From positions 6,471,008-6,535,007 of the forward strand of contig OY843751.1 of NCBI GenBank assembly GCA_963693055.1: a stretch of 64,000 nt of DNA, read 5' to 3'. Source of the stretch: a bacterium (GTDB taxonomy: Bacteria > Zhuqueibacterota > Zhuqueibacteria > Residuimicrobiales > Krinioviventaceae). Positions 57,553-64,000 of the stretch are shown piece after piece. The stretch's first letter is position 1; every line of letters starts with the position of its first letter. A program made the translations under genes and the position numbers. The notes under the pieces were generated by a model that made no database searches, was not told the origin of the DNA, and saw only the letters and a list, made by a program, of their open reading frames with translations.

Positions 57553-59454
57553 ATGAAGATTTTTTTTCGTATTCTGGGGTATATCCGGCCATACTGGGCA
57601 CGTTTAACAGGTTCCATATTGTGCATTGTTTTGTATACGCTTTTTAATGGTGCTTCTTATATGGGTATAATGCCCTTTTTGAACACCATTTTTAATGCAG
57701 AAAACAGTTCGGCACAAGTGATGACAATGGATTCTGCAGAAATAGAGTCATCTTCTGATGCAGCCCCATCCATGATGGATAAAGCAATACCAAAGTCTTT
57801 GAATGATAAATGGCTGTTTGTTAAAGGCCATCTTTACAGCATGTTTAATACGCCAGACCGACATGTGAATTTAAAGCGCGTTTGTATTTTTATTATCATT
57901 TTAATGTTGTTTAAAAACATATTCTCGTATTTTCAATCCTTTTTTATGGCTTATGTGGAGCAGGGAGTCATACGGGATGTAAGAAACGATCTGTATAAAC
58001 ACATAAACAAACTCTCTCTTAGCTATTACCATAGCACGCGGACTGGCCAGATCATTTCGCGAATCACCAATGATGTTACCCTGGTGAACAATGGTGTATC
58101 TGCAAGTTTTGTGACTTTGGTTAAAAATCCGTTGATCATTCTGTTTTCTCTGACATGGGCAGCCATTATCAGTTGGCGACTCGCATTAATAGCGTTGCTG
58201 GTAACACCGTTCAGCCTGGGAATTATTGGCTGGATCAGTATAAAGCTTCGCAAGCAGAGCGCGCATTCGCAAGAGAAAATGGCAGATGTAACTTCGGTCT
58301 TGCAGGAAACGATTTCCGGTGTACGCATTGTTAAAGCGTTTGCCATGGAAAACTTTGAGATCAAAAAGTTTATGAAGGAAACCCACGCCTTTTTTAAAAC
58401 TCTGGTCAAGATCACGCGTACACGTAACCTGGCTTCACCCCTTACCGAGTTTTTAGGAACATCCATTGCCGTAGGTATTTTGTGGTTTGGCGGAGATATG
58501 GTCTTGAGAGGTCAGTTGCTTTCTCCCGATGATTTTATTTTGTTTTTATTGCTGATATTCTCCATCATGACACCGGTAAAAGAATTGTCTAATGTAAACA
58601 GTCGAATTCAGGAAGCGTTGGCTGCAGGGGAGCGTATCTTTCAGGTTCTGGATCTGGAACCCGCCATTCAAAATGTTGAGAAACCGGTAATTGTTAACGA
58701 GTTTAAAGGACAGATAGAGATCAAAGATCTCTCTTTTTCATACAAAAAGGGTAGTGAGGTTTTGTCTGGGATTAATGTTGGGGTAAATAAAGGAGAAGTA
58801 CTGGCAATTGTAGGACCCAGTGGCGCAGGTAAATCTACATTGGTTGACCTGATTCCCCGCTTTTACGATCCTGACAGCGGCTCCATTGAACTGGATGGTG
58901 TTGATATACGCAATATCGACTTGCATTGCCTGCGTATGGTAATGGGTATTGTAACTCAGGAAACCATTTTGTTTAACGATACTGTTCGGAACAATATTGC
59001 TTATGGTGCAGAAGAACGCACGATGGATGAGATTATAGCGGCTGCTAAAAATGCAAATGCCCATAACTTTATTGAGGCGTTACCCAATGGTTATGATACC
59101 AATATAGGTGAGCGTGGAGTAACCCTTTCCGGAGGTCAGCGACAACGTCTTGCTATTGCCAGAGCGATATTGAAAAACCCCCCTATACTGATTCTGGATG
59201 AAGCCACTTCGGCTTTGGATACGGAATCTGAATTGCTGGTACAACAGGCAATTGAACATTTGATGGAAAACCGTACCTCTTTTGTTATAGCGCACAGACT
59301 TTCTACCATATTACATGCGGACCGAATCATTGTTCTTGAAGACGGTAAAATAGTAGAGCAGGGCCGCCACGAAGAACTTGTAAAAAGCAAGGGATTGTAT
59401 CAGAAATTATATAATATGCAGTTTAGATTACAGGAGCATGCAATTGACGCCTAA
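57553..59454 (+). CDS. msbA: ABC exporter, fused permease/ATPase (MsbA-like lipid A flippase)
   Basis: TM domain, GPSGAGKST, LSGGQRQR, ILDEATSALD and IAHRLST. Adjacent to an O-antigen ligase. Confidence 0.75.
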   Translation: MKIFFRILGYIRPYWARLTGSILCIVLYTLFNGASYMGIMPFLNTIFNAENSSAQVMTMDSAEIESSSDAAPSMMDKAIPKSLNDKWLFVKGHLYSMFNTPDRHVNLKRVCIFIIILMLFKNIFSYFQSFFMAYVEQGVIRDVRNDLYKHINKLSLSYYHSTRTGQIISRITNDVTLVNNGVSASFVTLVKNPLIILFSLTWAAIISWRLALIALLVTPFSLGIIGWISIKLRKQSAHSQEKMADVTSVLQETISGVRIVKAFAMENFEIKKFMKETHAFFKTLVKITRTRNLASPLTEFLGTSIAVGILWFGGDMVLRGQLLSPDDFILFLLLIFSIMTPVKELSNVNSRIQEALAAGERIFQVLDLEPAIQNVEKPVIVNEFKGQIEIKDLSFSYKKGSEVLSGINVGVNKGEVLAIVGPSGAGKSTLVDLIPRFYDPDSGSIELDGVDIRNIDLHCLRMVMGIVTQETILFNDTVRNNIAYGAEERTMDEIIAAAKNANAHNFIEALPNGYDTNIGERGVTLSGGQRQRLAIARAILKNPPILILDEATSALDTESELLVQQAIEHLMENRTSFVIAHRLSTILHADRIIVLEDGKIVEQGRHEELVKSKGLYQKLYNMQFRLQEHAIDA

Positions 59455-60625
59455 AATGAAAAAGTTTGATCGTTTTCTGGAAAAATCGATTGTGGTGTTT
59501 TTATATATTTTTGCGGCGTTTATGCCATTTAAAATTGCAGTTACTCAGAGCAGTATAGGGCTTGCAATTTTTTTCTGGCTGCTCAGACTTTTTGTTACAA
59601 AAGGCACTCGCTTTAAACCCATAAAGTTGGAATGGGGATTCCTATTGTTTGTAGCAGCATCGTTGGTGTCTTTGCCCTTTTCTCAAAATATTGGCGAGTC
59701 TTTTATATTTTTAAAACGATTGCTTTTAATACCCATCGTTTACGTACTGTCTTCCCAATTGGATGACGAAAAAATATTTAAACGATTGATATATATATTT
59801 GTTTTTTCGGTTTCATTTTATTCGCTATTGGGTATAAAGTCCTTCTTGGCTAATCCAACTGTACGTGTGAGAAATATTCACAATTCCATGACTGCCGGTG
59901 GAATAACCATGATTGGTTCTCTTGCTGCAATGGCACTTGCAGTATTGTATAAAAAGAAGCCCTGGCAATGGATTTTTGCAGCTTTAACGTTTGTCAATTT
60001 AATGTGCCTTATCCTAACCTCAACACGTGGCTCGTGGTTGGGATTTTTTGTAGGCGCGCTGCTGATTGTTTATTTTTCAAATCGAAAATTGATTATTGCT
60101 ATTATTGCGTTAATGCCTGTTGTTTATTTCCTGGGTCCCGATGCTTTTTCGGACCGGGTTCAGCACATGTTTGACCCTACCTGGCGAACAAATGCCAAGC
60201 GAATTGCATGGTGGTCTGTTGGCTGGGAGATTTTTAAAGATCATCCCATTGTGGGGGTGGGTGATATGAGCACACAAAAGGTTTACAAAAAATATGCACC
60301 ACCCGGAACAACAGAACTTGTTGGGCATTTTCACAGTAATTATGTGCATATAGCTGTAACACTGGGCTTGGTAGGGTTGGCAGCATTTTTGTTTATGATG
60401 GTCAATATTTTTGTCAGACTATGGAAGCAAAAGATTTTTTTAGGTGGTCAAGATCCCTCATTACAGTATGCCTGGGTAATGGCAACCCTGGCGATTTTTC
60501 TGGCGTTTTTATTAAACGGTTTTTTTGAGTGGAACTATGGCGACGCTGAAGTTGTTACAATGGTTTGGTATGCTGTTGGAATGGCTTTTGTAATCCCTTT
60601 GAATAAAATAAAGTTGAATAAATAA
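59438..60625 (+). CDS. O-antigen ligase family protein
   Basis: Many TM segments, LTSTRGSW, R...W..G.EIFKDHPIVGVG and H.HSNY motifs. Confidence 0.88.
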   Translation: MQLTPKMKKFDRFLEKSIVVFLYIFAAFMPFKIAVTQSSIGLAIFFWLLRLFVTKGTRFKPIKLEWGFLLFVAASLVSLPFSQNIGESFIFLKRLLLIPIVYVLSSQLDDEKIFKRLIYIFVFSVSFYSLLGIKSFLANPTVRVRNIHNSMTAGGITMIGSLAAMALAVLYKKKPWQWIFAALTFVNLMCLILTSTRGSWLGFFVGALLIVYFSNRKLIIAIIALMPVVYFLGPDAFSDRVQHMFDPTWRTNAKRIAWWSVGWEIFKDHPIVGVGDMSTQKVYKKYAPPGTTELVGHFHSNYVHIAVTLGLVGLAAFLFMMVNIFVRLWKQKIFLGGQDPSLQYAWVMATLAIFLAFLLNGFFEWNYGDAEVVTMVWYAVGMAFVIPLNKIKLNK

Positions 60626-60635
60626 ATCGTTAACT

Positions 60636-61898
60636 GTGAATAAATCACTTCAACAATTCGAGTTTACTAGAGGCGACAAGTTTAAATTAGAGCTGTTGCT
60701 AAGTGTAACCCGTAATATTTCAAAAGAACTTGAAATTGACCGGCTGTTGATGAAGATTATGGATGAAGTGAAAAAAGCGCTGGATTGTGACAGATGCTCG
60801 GTATTTATTCTTGACGCGGAAAAAGGAGAACTCTGGTCCAAAGTTGCACATGGAGAAAAAGAGATACGGTTCCCCAGTAATACGGGAATTGCCGGTCATG
60901 TTGTAGAGACCGGAGAGATTTTGAATATTAAAGATGCGTATAACGATTCACGCTTTAATCCTAATATTGATAAAAAAACCGGTTACAAAACAAGAAATGT
61001 ATTAAATGCACCTCTCAGGAACCAGAAAGGAGAGGTTATTGGTGTTTTTCAGACTTTGAATAAACATGGTGAATCTTTTAATAAAGATGATGAAGAACTA
61101 TTGACTGCAATTGCCGTACTGTCCGCCGGACAAATAGAAAATGCCCAACTCTATGAAGAACAGATCAAGACTTTTGATAGCTTTATAGAAACACTTGCGA
61201 GCACTATTGATGCGCGGGATCCCTTGACAGCGGGTCATTCAAAACGAATTGCCTTGTTTGCTGATTTGATAGCCCGAGAAGCAGACTTTGGTGAGCAAGA
61301 TCGCCGGGTATTGAGAATATCTGCTTTGCTGCATGATTATGGCAAGATTGCTATCCGTGAAGCCGTGTTAACCAAAGAAACCCGATTGACAACTGAAGAA
61401 TATGAGCACATTAAGGACCATCCCAAGTTTACCAAAAGTATATTGGAGCGTATCAATTTTTCAAGGGAATTGCGTAATGTTCCCATGATTGCATCTTCTC
61501 ACCATGAGAATGTTGATGGCAGCGGATATCCTAATGGATTGAATGGAAATGAGATTCCTGAATTAAGCAAAGTTATATCTGTTGCAGATGTGTTTGATGC
61601 CTTGACTTCACGACGTCATTACCGGGACCGAATGGATTTTCAAAAGGTGATGCATCTGATTGATAAAGATGCCAGCATCAAGTTTGAGACCAAATATGTT
61701 GACGCGTTGAAAATGATAAAATTGGATAAAATTTTGAATATTATGGAAGAAGACGTACAGCTTTTAGATAAAGATAAAGAAATGTTGGCAGAAATATCGA
61801 TACGGGATCTCTTGTCTGACAAGGATTTAAAGAACTCTGAGAAATGGGAACTGTTTTTATATTATTATCAACCAAACATAACCGGGATAACTAGATGA
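60636..61898 (+). CDS. GAF + HD-GYP cyclic-dinucleotide phosphodiesterase
   Basis: GAF domain. DARDPLTAGHS, LHDYGK, HHENVDGSGYP and ADVFDALTS.R.YR motifs. Confidence 0.92.
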   Translation: MNKSLQQFEFTRGDKFKLELLLSVTRNISKELEIDRLLMKIMDEVKKALDCDRCSVFILDAEKGELWSKVAHGEKEIRFPSNTGIAGHVVETGEILNIKDAYNDSRFNPNIDKKTGYKTRNVLNAPLRNQKGEVIGVFQTLNKHGESFNKDDEELLTAIAVLSAGQIENAQLYEEQIKTFDSFIETLASTIDARDPLTAGHSKRIALFADLIAREADFGEQDRRVLRISALLHDYGKIAIREAVLTKETRLTTEEYEHIKDHPKFTKSILERINFSRELRNVPMIASSHHENVDGSGYPNGLNGNEIPELSKVISVADVFDALTSRRHYRDRMDFQKVMHLIDKDASIKFETKYVDALKMIKLDKILNIMEEDVQLLDKDKEMLAEISIRDLLSDKDLKNSEKWELFLYYYQPNITGITR

Positions 61899-62284
61899 AA
61901 AAAATAATAAGTACTGAAAACGCCCCAATACCTCAGGCACATTATAGCCAGGCAGTTGTATCAGAAAAAACCGGGCTGATTTTTGTCGCTGGTCAATTGG
62001 GATTTGATCCGAAAAGTGGTGAATTGGTTTCAGATAATGTGGGAGACCAAACCCGACAAGCCATGGAAAATATAAAACAAATATTGCTGGCAGCCGGATC
62101 AGATATGGATCATGTTTTAAAGGTAACCATCTTTCTGCAAAGAATTGAAGATTTTGCATCTATGAATGCAGTATATTCTGATTTTTTCCCAACAGATCCA
62201 CCAGCCAGATTGGCATTGCAGGCTGGAAAAATTCCTGCAAATGGACTTGTTGAGATTGAGGCGATTGCCGAGGTGGCCGGTTAA
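61895..62284 (+). CDS. ridA: RidA/YjgF reactive intermediate deaminase
   Basis: YSQAV, AGQL, NIKQIL.AAG, F..MN.VY, PPAR and VEIEAIA motifs. Confidence 0.88.
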   Translation: MKKIISTENAPIPQAHYSQAVVSEKTGLIFVAGQLGFDPKSGELVSDNVGDQTRQAMENIKQILLAAGSDMDHVLKVTIFLQRIEDFASMNAVYSDFFPTDPPARLALQAGKIPANGLVEIEAIAEVAG

Positions 62285-62288
62285 CGTG

Positions 62289-62798
62289 ATGAAACCGTTT
62301 TTTTTGATTTTGGTAGTGTTTATCACTTTTCCTTTGATTTCCTCTGCGCAAACACTGACCATCTCTTCACCCGATTCAATGACTGCGGACAGTGTATCCG
62401 TTGTGCAAGATACTTTGATGTCGCGCTCTCCCCGTGGAGCCATGTTACGATCTTTGGCTTTGCCGGGATGGGGCCAGTTTTATAATGGAAAGTGGTTCAA
62501 GGGACTGGTAATTGGTGGTACAGAAGTTGGATTGATTATTGACGCTGTTGTGCAGAACCAGTGGGCGCAAGAGTCAGTATATTATTATGACAAAGAATTT
62601 TACCGTGAAAACCGGAGCCTGGCAATATGGTGGCTGGCCGGTGTAGTATTATACAGCGTGACCGATGCATTTGTAGACGCGCATCTTGCTGATTTTGATG
62701 ACACCCCAAATGTTAGTATGCAAATGAAACATGAACAAGATATTTATACTAATAATAGATATGCTGTATATCAGTTGACTCTGGCAATTCCGTTTTAA
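62289..62798 (+). CDS. DUF5683-like membrane protein
   Basis: Signal peptide from the ATG at 62289 (the ORF-track start at 62166 overlaps ridA). SP..A.LRSL..PGWGQFYN and DAFVDAHL..FD motifs. Confidence 0.75.
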   Translation: MKPFFLILVVFITFPLISSAQTLTISSPDSMTADSVSVVQDTLMSRSPRGAMLRSLALPGWGQFYNGKWFKGLVIGGTEVGLIIDAVVQNQWAQESVYYYDKEFYRENRSLAIWWLAGVVLYSVTDAFVDAHLADFDDTPNVSMQMKHEQDIYTNNRYAVYQLTLAIPF

Positions 62799-62825
62799 CA
62801 AGATTTGAAAGCAATGGAGGTATAG

Positions 62826-64000
62826 GTGTTACAATCATCACAGGAACGAGGGGCCTGGGGCTCTCGCTTTGGTTTTGTATTGGCGGCGGCGGGATCCGCA
62901 ATTGGATTGGGAAATATATGGCGTTTTCCATATGTAACCGGTCAAAATGGTGGTGCCGCGTTTGTTTTATTATATATTGCATTTGTAATATTAATAGGTG
63001 CCCCTGTCATGATTGCCGAACTTGCTGTGGGTAGGACAACGCAACGAAATCCTGTTGGAGCATATAAAGCACTTGCGCCAAAAACTTTCTGGGTTTTTGT
63101 GGGGGTGCTGGGTGTAATAACGGGTATTGGTATTCTTTCTTATTATTCTGTGATAGCAGGATGGACCGTTGGGTACTTTATTAAAGCATTGATGGGAGAT
63201 CTTAACCAGCTAACCTCTGCTAATGAATCTGTATCTATTTTTAATAACTTTGTCAAAGAGCCCGTAACCGTTATTGGTTATCTGTTTGGATTTCTGGTAA
63301 TCAATATTTTGGTTGTGATGCGTGGCGTCTCTAATGGAATTGAAAAAGCTGCTAAAATTTTAATGCCGGTATTATTTGTTTTGTTGGTTTTATTGACTAT
63401 ACGTTCGGTAACCTTGCCGGGTGCGGGTGAAGGTCTGTCTTTTTATCTCAAACCCGATTTTTCCAAGATAACCGCAGGAACCGTTGGACGCGCTTTAGGA
63501 CAGGCATTGTTTTCGCTCAGTCTGGGTATGGGTGCCATGATTACCTATGGCAGTTATATCTCTAAAAAAGAAAATTTAATTATCTCTGCCGGCTATGTCT
63601 GTTTGTTTGATACACTGATTGCCATCATTGCTGGTCTAATGACGTTTCCGGCCTTGTTTGCAATGGGCTTGAGTCCTGATGGCGGACCGGGACTTGTTTT
63701 TGTGTTATTGCCTTCAATTTTTGCAAAAATTCCGGGAGGATATATTTTTGGAGCCGGATTTTTTCTGCTACTAAGTGTTGCCGCGTTAACTTCAACCATA
63801 TCATTACTTGAAGTGGCTGTTTCTTTTGTTGTTGACGAATGGAAATGGACACGCACCAAAGCAGTCGTGGTTTTAGGATTGTTATCGTTTGTATTGGGTA
63901 TTCCCTCAGCTCTATCCACAGGAGCTTCCAAGTGGTTGTCGAATTTACCCTTGTTTAAAATGGGCTTTTTGGACCTTGCCAATGTGATTTTGGGAAATTA
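62826..64000 (+). CDS. Sodium-dependent transporter, neurotransmitter:sodium symporter (NSS/SNF) family (3'-partial)
   Basis: Absent from the ORF track because it has no stop in the window. GGAGG RBS then GTG at 62826. R..WGSRFGFVLAAAGSAIGLGNIWRFPY..GQNGGAAF, GIEK, ALGQALFSLSLGMG and GPGLVF motifs. Confidence 0.93.
   Translation, partial: MLQSSQERGAWGSRFGFVLAAAGSAIGLGNIWRFPYVTGQNGGAAFVLLYIAFVILIGAPVMIAELAVGRTTQRNPVGAYKALAPKTFWVFVGVLGVITGIGILSYYSVIAGWTVGYFIKALMGDLNQLTSANESVSIFNNFVKEPVTVIGYLFGFLVINILVVMRGVSNGIEKAAKILMPVLFVLLVLLTIRSVTLPGAGEGLSFYLKPDFSKITAGTVGRALGQALFSLSLGMGAMITYGSYISKKENLIISAGYVCLFDTLIAIIAGLMTFPALFAMGLSPDGGPGLVFVLLPSIFAKIPGGYIFGAGFFLLLSVAALTSTISLLEVAVSFVVDEWKWTRTKAVVVLGLLSFVLGIPSALSTGASKWLSNLPLFKMGFLDLANVILGN

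Noticed and set aside
62166-62288. N-terminal extension of the DUF5683-like ORF
   Set aside because: It overlaps ridA out of frame. The signal peptide begins at the ATG at 62289.

Overview
Gene-dense chromosomal segment of a Gram-negative bacterium. The FlgD-Ig/T9SS-like C-termini, the MGQxQLLLIV pilin-like protein and the carbohydrate genes suggest an FCB-group organism, possibly KSB1/Calditrichota-like (inference). The left half is mostly accessory carbohydrate genes: a Gfo/Idh/MocA oxidoreductase with a TIM-barrel/DUF1080 fusion, GT-C/GT2/ApbE, an esterase-GH43 fusion, BNR sialidase-like proteins, a DHDPS-like aldolase and a GH2. An AT-rich three-gene Lamassu/DdmABC-like (ABC-3C) defence operon (8808-12453) interrupts it. 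That operon has no integrase, is bracketed by a ~30-bp imperfect inverted repeat and several REP-like palindromes, and its SMC-like subunit lacks a CxxC zinc hook. A second cassette, a GxxExxY nuclease-family gene inactivated by a stop at its ELK motif, is also bracketed by periodic inverted repeats and sits inside an operon. Three different in-frame stops (TAG, TAA, TGA) disrupt genes within 5 kb. The right half is mostly housekeeping: pckA, priA, folB-folK-dNK, an MsbA-like ABC transporter, an O-antigen ligase, HD-GYP, RidA and an NSS transporter, plus a 2815-aa secreted SGNH/FG-GAP/Big_1 protein. I saw no rRNA, tRNA or CRISPR array. All family calls come from motif recognition, not database searches.
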